DNA of 64,000 bases from Balanoglossus misakiensis (taxonomy: Eukaryota > Animalia > Hemichordata), in contig CM082577.2 in NCBI GenBank assembly GCA_040954595.2, positions 5,940,301-6,004,300 on the forward strand, read 5' to 3'. Under the pieces are notes generated by a model, which was given only the letters and a program-made list of their open reading frames with translations, searched no databases and was not told where the DNA came from. A program made the translations under genes and the position numbers. Numbering within the stretch: position 1 is the stretch's first letter; each line of letters begins with the position of its first letter. Of the stretch, positions 24,855-55,640 are shown in pieces.

Positions 24855-27800
24855 ATGAGTATGTCGGCAGAGAAAACGGAGAAGTGTTTCAGACAGCTTC
24901 CAGCAGTGTTTGGTGTTTTGCTGGACCCAAGCAGAACCATCGTGGACGACACGTGCGTTGAGAAACTCCTTGGCTGGCTACAAAAACTGATCAGCGATTC
25001 AGGTAGGATATTTACCCAGGGACAGTGGACGGGCAGCCAGACACTGACTCTCGCCATACTAGTAGTGGAGATAGTCTTAGCAGCTGCGGTCTGCGTACAG
25101 ATTCTCTCAGACGGTACTACGTAGTTTGTACGCACTTCTTACGTCGTAGGAGCAGAGAAGGTGACCTATGACCTGCGTGTGTACGTCATCAATCATACAG
25201 GTTGTTGCCATGGGCTAGCGAAGATGCCAGCTGAGTTACGTGGGGGGGGGGGGTCTGATTACCAGCCCCCCCCCCCCTCCACGGTACTGCTGCGTACCAC
25301 AGCTAGGCATAATAAAGTGCTGTTGTCATGGAGATAGAAGCTTTAGTACAAACTCTGTCATTCCTTGGAAACTACCTGAGTGTGTGCCCAGCAGTTGAGC
25401 ATAAAAATAATAAATTGGTTTAAACAGCTACCATCCTGTAATAATGACTAGTCGTTCTTTCAGTAAGAGTTGTGCCAAACACAGACACGGTAATTAAATC
25501 AAATCTAACCTTGGCGTGTGTGACTGCTGACAGCCAACAAATGCGTGCATTAGTGGTAGAGACCTTTTGCCAGAACCACCCACGCTAATTGGAGTCTGTG
25601 ATATCAAAAGACATGATTACATGATCGACTTGAAATTGCAATTCCTTTTCCTTCCAGACAGCAGGAGAAGGTTGCTGGATCAGAGTGCCGGGGTGAAAAC
25701 TTTCCTGCAGAAGATTGCCAACTCAGAATGTGAACCCGAGACTTTGTCTTTTGGACTGAAGCTGATGGGGTTGCTATGTCAACACCCTGACGCCCTGGAG
25801 GACCTGGGCCCGCTGGCATTGCCGGGCGACACTGGCACTCAGACCGTGGCCGATCTGGCCGAAGCAACTTTCACGAAAGCCAAGGAAGGGGAGTATTGGG
25901 AAGAGGCAGGTGTCAGATGTGCATGGTTTCATGGCATTAACGCCATGGTTACCGATGAACACACACACCGTCTTCTCTCAAAGATCGGTGAGGATCTGTT
26001 GGTACTTGTGAAACTGAATGATGTTGTCATTCTTACATTTTTGCGTGATGCACTTCTGAGAAGCTGCATTTTAACCCGAAAAAAAATATTGGATAAAGTA
26101 GCGAAGAATAGATGCTGCTGAACCCGTCCATTGTTGGTTTCAGTCAGTGCAATTCCAAGTCATTTGGGCATTGTGTTTCGACGTAAAAGCCGACTTTTTT
26201 AAAATGGCAGCATTTCAGAAACGTGATCCGTTTGAATGGGGTTGAAAAGGACAAGCTTTGATGGCCGTGATAAGCAGATCCCCGGTTGGTGATGAATCAG
26301 ATAGGAACTGCCACATCACCGAGAATTATTTTGCTTCTAATTGTACCATCGTATCACGTTAACGGTGCAATCTCTGCTTCTGCTCTCTCGTTTGTCGTTA
26401 AGACACCCACCCACCCCCAAGACTTAAAAAGACACTAATGGCAACTTCACCTTTTTAATGTAACAAAATACACGTTGTTAAAAGCGGAGTGCTTTTTCTT
26501 GCCGAGAAACCAGAGGACAACGTGGTGTAGATCCTACTTTATTTTCCGAAATAGATTTCAAACTGTTTACCAGGATTACTGTTAAGTAGCGATCAGGCAG
26601 GTTGATTGACGTTCTAAATTGATTCTGTGTGTCGTTTCGATAAAAGCCAATCCCTTTGTTGATAGCTATCTGTTGGGTTCATTGATTGCTGGGATATGTG
26701 GTACAACTTTTTTTTTAGTTCTCTCTGTTTTGCATCAACTCTTTCAGTGAAGGAATGTGTTGCATCCAGGCCTTCCTCTGAGAAGGGCAAACTGTTTCTT
26801 ATTATCAGCTTGTTTGAACAATCTAAAGGATGTGTGATCAGTAGAATTGGAATATGTCATGCCACAACAGAATAACTCTGAAAGATGTACGAAAAAAATA
26901 CAAGTCCTGTCTCTTTGTTGATAAAGATTTGTATGTGTCTTAAGTTGGCGTTAATTACATGAGCTGTAATGGTACATTCGATGAACTTTCTTGACATCCT
27001 AACATATTGCATATTTCGTTCTTTCAATTCCTAAGGAGCGGTACATTCTGCAATTTTGTGCCTTGATGACCGGAGTATGTTTGTCACTTCTGCTGCACAA
27101 GACTTCCTGGTCAGTTTCCTCATTGAGAGCTGCAAATCAGACGGTCTGGCAAGGAAAAAAGTTGGCGGAGGCGAAGAGGGGCAACCACGATCGCAGTGTG
27201 ACACTTTCTCTGCTGAGGAGGGGGAATCTGGACTGCGTCGTGAGGGTGGGGGACTTACACACAGCTCTCTGTGTGATGCGAGGACATACAGGAACTTGGT
27301 GAAACACCTGAAAGAAGCTCTTGCACCGAGGGGGAAAGCCGTTGGATTAATCATCTCCGTCTTGCAGCTGATCAGGAAGACTTGCCAGGCTGATCATGGG
27401 GCAGCTTGTATGGTTGCCAGGGAGACGGACCTGGCTTCTTGTTGCCAGGGCTTGATTGATTTGGAAAAGGACCGGGTGGACAATCACGTCGTTGAGGTTT
27501 TCGCTGCCCTTCTGCAGAGGAAAGCGTGAGTAGAGAGAGAGTGGATGGATGCGTGCACAAGGGCGCGTGTGGATGTATTTCTTGTGTGCCATTAAAAGGC
27601 CACTGACTGTGCCGGGCAGATTAGCTATTAAGCCGTTTAAGAGACCTGAGATAGAGGCTCCTTAAAATTCCTTGACAGAACTCTAACAGCTGCGTAATTG
27701 AACTTGAAGGTACGCCAAAGACAGCACAGATTTGTGTAAATCCTTCTCTCTTGACATGATTCCATGGCAACGACATGTTCTCTTATTGTTTGGTGCTGCG

Positions 27801-30800
27801 TTCATGTGACAAAGGTCATTTCCAAGGCCAGGGAATGCCCCCAACCCCCAAAAATAAAGAATGCTTGTTTTTTACTTTTCAGCTTTACGTATCAAATCTA
27901 GGGTTTTCGGATGACTCATCCTGACGGTAAAATTTAACAGAGTCGAATATTAGTCGTTGATCAGTCTGTATTGTAATTAGAGATTTTACGACGAAAGTGC
28001 CCAATATGCCTGTTAAACTGTCCATGGGCTCTGTTCGTTATATTATAAACCGCGATCTTTCCTTTTTTCCACGTAGCGGAGACGAAACAGAGTCATGGCT
28101 GTCAACGGGTGTGCTGACTCAAATGGTACTCGCATTGGCTGCCAAAGGAAGACACAACTCCGCGTTGAAACTAGCGACTTGTTTATACCCTCATCACCAT
28201 GGCAACCAGTAAGTCTCTTATCGATTCAACTTTGCAAGTAGATTTTTTCCGGATTATCAGCCATTTTCATTCAAAATTCAGGAAAATTGTCTCTGTGTGT
28301 ACTCCTGGGACGAAAAAATTTATTAAAATTAAACCAGTCCTTAGAGAAACTTTGCGACTCCTTGCATTTGCTGAAAGATTTGCAAGCAGCGAGCCGCTTG
28401 ATTTCCCAGTAAGTGCACTGTATAACCTTGAGGCAAACATTCAAATGTGTCGGTACATTGTCAAAGTGGCTCTCAATTTCAACTGTGTGCTCTCTCGTAC
28501 CTTGACAAGGCCAAAGGTCTCTGGATTCTCGCACTTTTTACGGGATTACACCTGAGATCATCATTTCAAGGCTTAGCAGCTGCACCAATATAGAAAGCTC
28601 TGCACAGATGATGCTGTTTTCAAATTTGTGTTGTTGAAACCGAGCCTCTGGACTGGTTTCTTCCATTTCGTTCTGATGTGTGTCATCGTCAGGATCGTGA
28701 TTTGAAATTTCTGTGTCACCAAAATTATGCTCGATACACTGAAAAACAGAATATCATACCCCAAGTAATCTTTGATGGGGACACTAGATAGGAGCAAATT
28801 CCTCTGGCAGTTATGCAGAACAATTAAAATGGCACCTTACATGAAAATCCTACACACTTTTCTGTAAAAAAATTACCGGAGCAGACACAGGCAACATTTT
28901 GATGTATTAGCCTGACTTGAGGGTAATCACGTCACTGCATATGGAAACTACAGCTGTAGAATTTATGGCATCAGACGAAGTTGTCACATTGTATTTCAAA
29001 TCCTTGCTGCTAGATTAATCCAGTGAGGTATTGGTGTAGTTTCTTAACATCGACCTCTTTTCTGTCAGAGAAAATAATGAGAAATGTTGATAATGGATTG
29101 AGTGACTTGATCACCCTTTATGCAAATATCCGAAATTCTTGTGGTGGCGGGCAAAAGGCTGAAATTAACAGACCACACTAACTGTTTCCCACAGAACATT
29201 GCAGTATGCATTTGTTTTCTTTGAAATAAAATAAAATGTAATAATTATTTAGGAAACGCATCCGTACAAGTAGTGTGTGGATAAACATAACACAGAATGT
29301 CGAACTTTCAACAAACTCCCCCTCAAAAAGAAAAAAAAACACGAAGTGTCTTCTATAAACCTGTCTCGTGTCTCAACCATCAATGCAAATTCAATTCTCT
29401 TTCTTTTCTTGTTTGCAGACTGTTTGAAGTCATGATACTGCCGCTGGAAACACTCTTGGGAGAAAACAAGACTAGAGACACTTCAGGCGCAATCGTGGAT
29501 GAGTTGAAAGCCGGCTTGTCATCCCCGAGCTCTTGTGTCAGCATTTCCTGTCAGTCGGTGAACGCTCTCCGGGAAATCCTGTCACAGGTGAGGTTTTGGT
29601 TACTCGCAGGCAATGCTGCGGCGAAATCCGACCTCCGTCAAGGGGGCCCACAGATGGTTAAACATCAACCCCCCCCCCCCCCCCCTATACTGAAAGGAAC
29701 GATGGAAACATTGTTTCATTCTCACCAAACACCACGCTCTTGATGTACGCACTTTCAAGCTGCCGTCTAGGGGTTAGGGGGTTGGGGTCAAAAACAATTG
29801 TTCTGTTTTTCTCCTACGCATTATCCACAGTCCCTAAGACCACTCGAGCTTTTTTTCCCCTGACACTTCAAACAAGGCCGCTAGATTGGCTTTTACAACA
29901 CACTCACGTTTCACAGTCATGTACTAAACGGATCTCAGATGTACGTAGATGGGTTTTTCAAGTCAAGGGTGTGGTGACTCGTGGAGTGGAGTAACTTGAC
30001 ACGGCGGACAATGTCTTGAAGATGACTCTTTCCTGTGTAGTGGCACATGTGGTAGGAAATCTGTCTCTGAAGGAGTTCTTGTAGCACGGTTGGCTTGTGG
30101 CAACAAGATGACAGTGGAAGGTTTGCCGTTTGTGTGCAGTTCGGGAAAACCATTTTAGTTTTAAACAAACCGTGAAATACTTGTACCAAATGCAGACGAC
30201 ATACAACCAGGTAACATTATTTGGACCTTTGTAAGAAACGATGGTGATAGTGGACACTAGAGGGTGCTATACACTTCTGCTTCCCAGCATAACATATCTC
30301 ATGCTCTGGTCTTCTTTGCAGGGTGCGACTATGGAAGAGAGCAAAATAGAGAGAATAATACATTGTGTCGGCTATCTTCTAAACCTGTGCAGTACACTCA
30401 ATCCAACAGTCATTCCAACGGCTTTGGCCAGAAATCTCATCGGTAGTAGCAAGCTGACAAGGGCAGCATTGGATCTTGTTACTGCTCTCAGTACTAGTAA
30501 GTCACATTCAACCATTGAAATAATTCAACCACCATTCTTGCCAAAATTAGCACTTATTTCGATATCTTTTAATACACACGATGTGAATCTCGTATTCACA
30601 CTATGTTCCTGAAATACCACATTCTGTTGAGTTTTCCGACAACTAAACATCCAAGAATGCACATCCAAGAAATACTGTTTTATCGCTCATGGATACAGGC
30701 TGTATCTATTGAAATGTCCTCATTATCAGGTTTATGTAATAATTTTATAATCCAATCTGAAGGTAGCCAGAGAGCAGCGACAAACATTTGGGACACACTT

Positions 30801-32879
30801 GTGAAGATCATTGACAATCCACAGTCAGAATGTATGGTAAGTAATGTATTGAATTCTGGAATTCTGTCATTTGTAAAGTTACACAAATTCTGTTGCTTGA
30901 ACTAAAACAGAGATTTGTGGCTGTCAGCTAACTTTTTGCGTTGGTTATCTTTTTCACAGGTGGTATGCAAAGCGCTTACAGTGGCGTTTTCCCTTCTCCG
31001 TTGTCGCGTGAAATCACCTCCGACCGCCGATTGCCGTGCAGCTGTACAAAGTGGTGGTAAGAAACCACGGTTGATGACTTCTGTGGACACGTTTCTCTCT
31101 GACAACTTAGCTGACGTCTTGCACAAGAAAATGTATGACAGTCGCTGGGAAGTCAGAGACTCGGTGCTGAATTTCTTGGACGAAGTCGTCGCAGAATTTT
31201 CTGGTGAGTGGAACCCCCTGAACCATGACCTATGACATAATTGCCATAGGTCGCCACACTTGATATTATCTGTGTTATGTACATGTAGACACAAGGTATG
31301 CCACATTCACACAATGATTAAACGCTACATGCAGCATTGGCTAGGTTTTCTGAAATGTACCGTATCTTGCCAGCGTTATAGTCTAGACACAGTACGACTC
31401 GACAGGCTTCATTTAATTGCATAATATATTGTCTGTTCTGAGAATTTTTAGATTCCCACTCTGCAGAAGTAGTTGCGAGGTGTACGTACCTGATAGGCTT
31501 GCTCCCGCACGCCCAAGTGATTATACAACTGAGAAAGTCATCGGAAATAAATCAGTTGCTATTCAGTGCTGTTACAAAGCCCACACACTCCCCTCAATGT
31601 ATCCAGGTAATTTTTACAACTCACAGTTTGACACATGTACACAATGTGAGCCATAATTTAACTTTTTTTATGTTCTGTCTATGTGTGCAGGTATCACATA
31701 TATCACAGATTGGCTGATTGAAAATCAGCTTTACAAGGTGGCCTGGGAGAAGCTGACAGATAGTGAGAGTTACGTGAGGGCATCGGCCTTGCACGCTCTA
31801 TGTCAGATCTCACTGTGTGACATTCTGTGGAAGGAATTCCTGTTAAAGTCTACGCTGAATCAGGTAAGTGTTGAAAATACATCTCCTTACTGGTCGAGTT
31901 ATTAACGGTAGAGCATACATGTACCTCAAAAATAAGTCTTAAAATTTTTCTCATATTTTGCTGAAAGAAATACTCTTAAAATTGACACTGTACATTGTCC
32001 CTATGGTGATAATTTTGACTTTTCAAGAGTTGATTCCTGCGGAGCTCACCGCTTCCGATACCTGACTTCACCCCTCTTGATTTTGTTCACCAGGAAAGTG
32101 TGATCAGCGCAGTCACCGGTGTTCTCCTGCACGATGAGGAAGGGTTTCCGAGAAGAGCGGCGGCCAAGACCATTCTCACCTGGTTCACCGAACACGCCGA
32201 CATCAGGACGTTCATGCTGAGCCAACAAAGTCGCAATGCAGGAGGAGTCACTCGTAGCTCTGCCTCTGATGATGACAGCAGTGGAGTCGATCGTAGCTCT
32301 GCCTCTGATGACAGCGGTGGGCTTCCAAGCATGGATTTGGACGACACGGGTGTCGGCGACGAAGGCGGTAGTGTGTTCGCAGCCATGAGGCAGCACGCAA
32401 GCAGAGATTGGGACTTTGAGGTGAAACTCCTGGCGGTTTCATTCTGGGAGGCGGTCATCGATCATTTTCTGTCAGAAACTGGTGCAGGGGAGGACAGAGC
32501 GGTGGTGTCCTCAGAGTCCCCGCTTTCCGGGAAATCCTGGTCCGGACTGCGACAAATCTGCTCTTCCGGATGCCTGACGTGCCTGCACGGGGCTCTTGAT
32601 GACTGCGACAGACTAGTCGCTGTGAAAGCTTGCACGGTGATGCTGAAGTTGAAAGACAAGGTTCGCGAGTGTCGTTTCTCCGAGGCGCCGGATGAAGCAA
32701 ATGAACTCAAGGAGATGAAGAAAGCCTTGAGAATTCTTGTGCTGGAGGCAGATTTGACGGCCATTTTAGCAGAGAAAACAAAAAGCATCGACATGTACGA
32801 AGAAAACCCCCTCTCCCTCCTTGAAGACATCCTATGCAGTGTTTCAACAAATGATGAAAACTTGTTGGACTGTTACTAG
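24855..32879 (+). CDS. BRAT1: BRCA1-associated ATM activator 1 (Integrator assembly factor), 10 exons, about 906 aa
   Basis: Exons 24855-25002, 25658-25987, 27036-27525, 28077-28208, 29419-29587, 30322-30496, 30763-30836, 30960-31203, 31691-31863, 32094-32879; GT-AG, phases join (2721 nt). Motifs LPAVFGVLLDP..DDTCVEKLLGW, D.RWEVRDS, DSESYVRASAL, EEGFPRRAA, DWDFEVK and terminal DCY match BRAT1. Exon 7 acceptor is least certain. Confidence 0.92.
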
Positions 32880-33962
32880 AAACCACTGCCCTCACGCGGC
32901 CAATAGTAAAATTCTCTTGTTTATGAAATGGGAACAGTAAGACCCCTTTTCATGCAGTCATATTTAAATAAGTGTAATTTTAATCTTTTTTGGTAATATC
33001 TGCAGAACAAGTTAACCTATTGGCACACAAACTTGGTACAATAAATTCAACACAACCTAAGAAATTACACGTCTCAATTTTTACAGAATTTTTGCAGTAA
33101 ACAGTCCATGACATCATGGACCGTTTTTCGACGAAAGCCTCTAATAAATTTGTGCTTTTTAGCTCACAGTTTGGACCAACTGAATGTGCATTGAGAAAAG
33201 TAGTTGGTTTTATACACAGTGTTGTGGGTGGGGTGAGATAATCGGGACCTCGAAGTGGTGCGCTCTTTATATAAAAAGTACCTGGATGTTGTTCGACTCC
33301 AGAGCGGATAGGCCCTACCCGTACGATCTCCGAACTGTGAACGTACGTACATGTGACTCCTTGAGTTGAAAAATGTATTAAACAAACCCAGTAGAAGTTA
33401 GAAAAAACATCAACTTTTTTTTACAATCAGCAACACTGTAAAAGTTAGTAAATGGACTGCCGCTGGAAGCAACTCGAAGAACTGCACACAACGAATATCA
33501 CATGCTTCAGGTAGAAAATAAAAAAACCCTGGCCCTGACAAAAAAAGTAGCATTTTCACAAGGCATCATTGGTCTGTATTTATTCTGTGCGATTGATTGA
33601 ATTCATTTTTTTCAAATTCACACAATTTATATATAATAAAATAAAAAGTATTTTAAATATCAACGCCTTTGTACATTTTTTTAAAACTTAAAGCCAAAAC
33701 GACACGTTTAGATTTTATTTTTGCCAAATTGTGTCTCACCATGCACCCTGGGTAAAAACCACACGCACTATCAGAACTCTAAGACCAACACTGGTAATTA
33801 ATTTATACCACACACGCGGACCTTTACCGGCAAAGACACGTCACATCCTCTCCAGCAGTCTTTGGATAATTTTTTTCCCCGCAAATGAAAAACAGAAAAA
33901 ACTTCATTTTACAAGCCTTTTTGCAGGTTTTTTTGCTGTGTGTGTGTGTGTGTATTGAAAGA

Positions 33963-50522
<16,560 letters not shown>

Positions 50523-51282
50523 GTTCTATCCACTCCGGAACTTGCAAATATGGCGGTTGACAGCAACCACGCCGGGGGAGCGTGCGTGCACGGGGGGAGC
50601 AACGTCCTTGCTTGGTATCATATGGCTTTACGTTGAGGGCGCTCCACAGGTTGGAGGTCTACAGACTTCTGGCACTTCTGACTTTTGAATACTGTTGCTA
50701 GTCTTGAGAAAGGTGATAATTCACAATGGCTTCTGATACCAACACCAGAGGAAAATAAATGATGTTTCCCATAATGTGCATTAACACCATAAAATATTAT
50801 AACATAGCTAACTACCCTCAAAAGTTAGGGTAGTTGGGTTACTGCATCACATTATTATTTTATGGCCTTATGGTTTATATATTCTGGCTTGACAAACCAG
50901 CGTCAACTGTAAACTATTTTAAGCCATTCATAGAAATCACTCAGTTCAATACCACAATGCAAGGAAGATAAAACTTTATTTTTCATCATTTTTCTTTTGA
51001 TACAAAACACATCTAGCCAAACTTTCACAAACAGTCCAGCGCTGTTTTGGTGCATGTTTTAACTGGATGAATGACACTAAAAAGAAAGAAATACAGACAC
51101 TCATCGAGATACACAAAATCTGACAAAACAATGTAAAATGATTCCAAAAAGACTTTTATTTAAATTTATGGAACGAGTTGTGATTGGGAATGTAATCTGT
51201 GACACTGGTGCTGATTGGTTAATTCACATAAAAAGAGTTGGGTCACATTTTAAGGAGCCAATGACATAGCATGTGTCTGTGC

Positions 51283-54200
51283 CTAAAGTTTTTCAATGAC
51301 TGGCAGAACGCACTGGGTCCAGCATTCATCCCATCTTGTGCTCTGAAAGCCCTTTAGATTCTCTCTGAAAGCTTTGAGTTGCTTCTGGTTGCCAGGGAAA
51401 CCTGTCAAAAGTTCCTATTACAGAAAAAAGGGAAAAAGTCAATACAGTCTCACGGTGGTATATTGTATAGCAAAAACAATCTCACATCTGTCTCAAGACT
51501 GGTTGATGAGCCCAGGCGTATGTGAAAACATGGTCACCGCAATCAAAATAAAAAAATGCCGTACCTGTAGCTGTTCTGCCAAGTTATTCTCATTCCGGAA
51601 AACCAGTCCATTCTCTTCATGTTTGACAAGTTCATCAAGACTGTTCATCACATACCATCAAGTGAAATAAAAGAGAGAAAAAAATGTTGAGAATGTTGTA
51701 CTGGTTTTTTTTCTGAAGGGACTCGAATTCATTCATTTCACAGTTTTCACAGATGCATGAAGGTATGTTGAAAGGGTTCACAGACTCTGCATAAACCACA
51801 ATAGTGATGTACATGTACTAGTATACTAACCAATTAAAATGTATGGCACATACTGGAAGGCCACATCCAAACATGTCGACCACTTTCATTGGTAGATCCA
51901 GACCACTTGATGAAGTGTGGAGACAAATGCCCAGATCAGCTGACCCTATGGATGGAAACACAAATAATCTACTGGATCATTCATGGTAGATCAAAATACT
52001 GCATTAACAACATATATGTATCATTTTGAAAAGAAATAAAGACTGTGCTATTTTACTGCTCTGAAAACCAAATACTTGTTGGCTACAAATAGGTGATGTA
52101 TATGTCTACTGTACATTCTTTAAATAGCTTACCACCTTACCTAACAACAAAGGGTAGTCTTCAGCCACTAGCCATGGCGTGCATATATGGATGTGTTTGA
52201 AATCTTTGGTTGCTATGACACCCTTGTAGTAGTCTTTCATTGGCCCTTTCCCAGTGATGGCACACACTACGTTGGGTAGATGACTCTGCTGAGCCTCACA
52301 CGCTGCTTCATACTCTGTGAAGTATAGGGATGTTTTCATATAAAATTTAAATGTAGGATTTAATGGTGATACTTCTGTGCACGCCCTGTCAAGTTCAACT
52401 TGAAATTTGTTGGCACCTGAAACATCTGAATTTCAGTTGAAAACACTAGGAAGAGATATTATTTTTACAATTGTATATGCTTTATTAGTATTCAAATAAG
52501 TAAATAAAAAGACTGCAGGTTGTAAAAAAAAAAGATTTGTCAGTATAAGCAATGAAGCGCTCACTTTCTAGTGCTGTCAGCAGAATTGAGAAATCCTCGT
52601 CCTCTGTCCAGCTGGTGCTGCTGATCAACAGAGCTGGTCTTTCTGGACGGGAAATCACACCTTCTGCTGATTTCTCTGTAAATGCAGTGCGGTTGGCAAG
52701 ATCTGATCCGAACACTGGATAGTCTTCGGACAATCTCATGAAGAGCTAGAACGGAGACAGAAAACACAGTACACTAAATTTATCTGGAAATAGGTATGTG
52801 AAACAAAGCTAATGTGTTCTACCTCGTCTTGAGTGACACGTGGAATCACAACTTCCAATTTTGTACAACTGAAACAAAACACAGCTCAGGAAAATTACTT
52901 GAGACACATTTTTTTGTCATTATGGCATGCCTGTTGAACTTGGTGTACATTTACATTTTTCTTTCTAGGTCTTTGTTTCATGCCACTGAGTGTAAAATAA
53001 CTTACATCGTGTTGCTTGTCCAGGTCAGTTTCCTGGAATATCAGGGGAGGTCGGTCATACATGGTAGTTGCTTCTATTCCCCAGTTTTCTTGCAGGTCCC
53101 TTTTCATGGCATTGGTGACACAGATGTTGGCTGATGACAATCTGCCAAAGAATTTCTCGTACCTGGGAAAATAGAAAAGTGGCCGTGACTCTGTTACTCT
53201 GGATCTGTGTGGTAACCATGGTTTTTTTTAAAAATCTACCTGTAAATGTATAATTATATAAGATTTGTTTTGAACATATGTTATGAAATTGATACAGATG
53301 GCCTTTTCAAAATTCTCTTGAAATTCTGGCCAATAGGTGATAAACCAACAATTCTGACACAGAAGATAGCAACATGCAACTCACAATTTTGAAAATTTCA
53401 CAAGTAGGTTGCTTTTACCCAGAGTCAAACTGAGTATGCTGTATCCATAGTTATGCCAGTCGATGACAACATGGCTGCCTCTCAGGATACCTATCAGCCA
53501 TGCCACACCTACACTGGGGATGGTTGGGGGATTCTGAAACAAAATATGTGAGAGGATGAAAGATGGCTGAAGTGACTGAGGCTGATTGGTTACCTTATGT
53601 GTGTCAAAGGTCATTGAAATAGGAACCGAATGATTTATCCTATACATGCTGGAGTGGCTAAGAATTCGGGTCATGGATTTCTTAAAGTTTTACCTGCATA
53701 TTATATGATGCATCAATTTGACAGAGAGAACAAAATTCAGCTTTTTCAAGTATGTAAGAACAGTAATCTTTTTTGCTGATTTCAAGACTCACAAGATGAA
53801 ATAAGCTGCCCCCATCATCCCCAAGGAAACATGGTACCAACCTGGAGCATTATGATTTTAGCTCTTGGGATACCTAGCAGGAGGTAGATTTTCAAGATAG
53901 CTGCTTGCACCACCACTTTTGTTGCATAGTGAAATATCCTTGGCAGAACTGTGCAAAAAGAAAATTCAACAATACTGATTCTGGTCAAAACAAAAGGGCT
54001 GTGTTTAAGAAACCAAATACTGAGCAATTCTTTATGCTTTCCAGAGTTGAACAAGAAACCACAGTTGATACCCAAACAAAAATGCTGAGAAAATAGCCCA
54101 AATTTGGGGGCTTTAATCACTATATCTAATAGAAGAGAGAGCAATACAGTAGACAGTTTGAGTTTCTGAGACACTCAAACTTTCTCTGTATAATGTATCA

Positions 54201-54808
54201 GATTCATGTACTTACATCTGGGAAGACCAGGTGATTCCGGTATTGAATGTATGAAAATTCTTTGGTTCTGCAATATTTCATCATGCGGCTTGGAACCTGA
54301 CATAGATAAATTACATAAAAAAATCTCCGTTTAATAAAACCGTGTGAATCTTAATTGACACGGACGATAACAATAGGTGTCCTTCACTTGGTGATCGGAC
54401 GATCCATGGTGATCTGTGTGCGTCACGCCCCCCCTCCACATACACAAACAGTTCCAAGTCATCCGGTTACTCCCGAAGCTAGTTTAGTATATTGTGTGTT
54501 TCCGCAAATAACTTATAATAGCCGCCTTTAATATCGTTACCTCCATATCCTATAAAATCGACGTGGTATCCATGGTTGGCGAATGACAATGCATGATACT
54601 GCATTCGGGGACTCCGTCCAATATCGCCAAGCACGAGAAGGCACACCCGTTTCTCCATCGCTGGCCATCGTATCGCCAGGCATACTGCTAGCAATATGGC
54701 TATTATTAACACAATTAAATACCCGCTACTTCCTTCATCGATGGCAAACACGGCAGCCGCTGCAAATATGCCAACGAGCACTAGACCGATCGTCTCAGTC
54801 AGCTCCAT
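51283..54808 (-). CDS. ALG1: Chitobiosyldiphosphodolichol beta-mannosyltransferase, 10 exons, about 479 aa
   Basis: Exons 54541-54808, 54216-54296, 53842-53948, 53385-53533, 53006-53162, 52565-52745, 52141-52314, 51831-51945, 51565-51640, 51283-51414 (1440 nt). Motifs [65 protein letters not shown]; hydrophobic N-terminal anchor. Confidence 0.96.
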
Positions 54809-54984
54809 GTTACACCGATGCCATGTGTCAATATCTTGGTTCACCTTTGACCTCAAAGTACGGTCATCTGATTTGTCTAGCGCCCTCACCCACCAAACGA
54901 TGAAATACGTTTATGTCATACGAACTCGATATTTTCTGTATGTGGGTGGGCAAAACGAATTCTGTCAAACGAGAGTTGTTGAGT

Positions 54985-55303
54985 ATTATATTATACCAGT
55001 TTATTGATGGTGTAAATCACGCTATTTGATTGGTCGAGACACGACACGTGACCGTGATATATTAGCCATATACCACAGTCATATATCATAGTTAAAGAAA
55101 ATGCCTTTTAAAAATGTTTTATGCAAAGTTTCAATATACTGGCATAATATAATAGCAATAAAACACCCCCAGACATGGTATACCACTCGATTTTGACCAG
55201 TTCAACTCCATATACGCACGAGCGATAGCGAGTGCGTATATGTCGTGAACTGGTCAAAATCTCGTGATATACCATGGCTGGGGGTGTTTTATTGCTTAAA
55301 TAA
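54985..55303. mobile_element. Probable non-autonomous DNA element ending in a 143-bp hairpin, just upstream of ALG1
   Basis: Hairpin 55154-55296 (AGCAATAAAACACCCCCAG...CTGGGGGTGTTTTATTGCT; inner TATACGCAC...GTGCGTATA); weaker IR ATCACG...CGTGAT near the left end. Outer limits approximate. Confidence 0.6.
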
Positions 55304-55640
55304 CACCACTTCTTTCTATTTGTGAAGACCAAAGAACAATAATTGTACATTCTAATACCATAACGACAACAGCAGAATGAGAACGGTAAAGACATAGGTA
55401 AAGACAGAGACTGCATCTACAGCAGATTAAAGTGACCAAAGAGTGGATGAGTAGCTAGCAGTATAACTATTTGTCAGAAACTGCACTTTATTGTGTATAA
55501 ATTCATTTTCATGAGTATATCATTTTTCTAACTATTTACAAATAGACACATATAAATTCATGTTAAAAAGGTACTTGTTAACCCTCCCATACATGTACAA
55601 GGAAAAGGGGTGAAAACAATTCGTATCACTCATTATTAAT

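Noticed and set aside
50523-50600. Iron-responsive element in the ACO2 5' UTR (present in vertebrates)
   Set aside because: No CAGUGN loop with 5-bp stem and bulged C; only a weak TCC-GGAGT-GGA hairpin.
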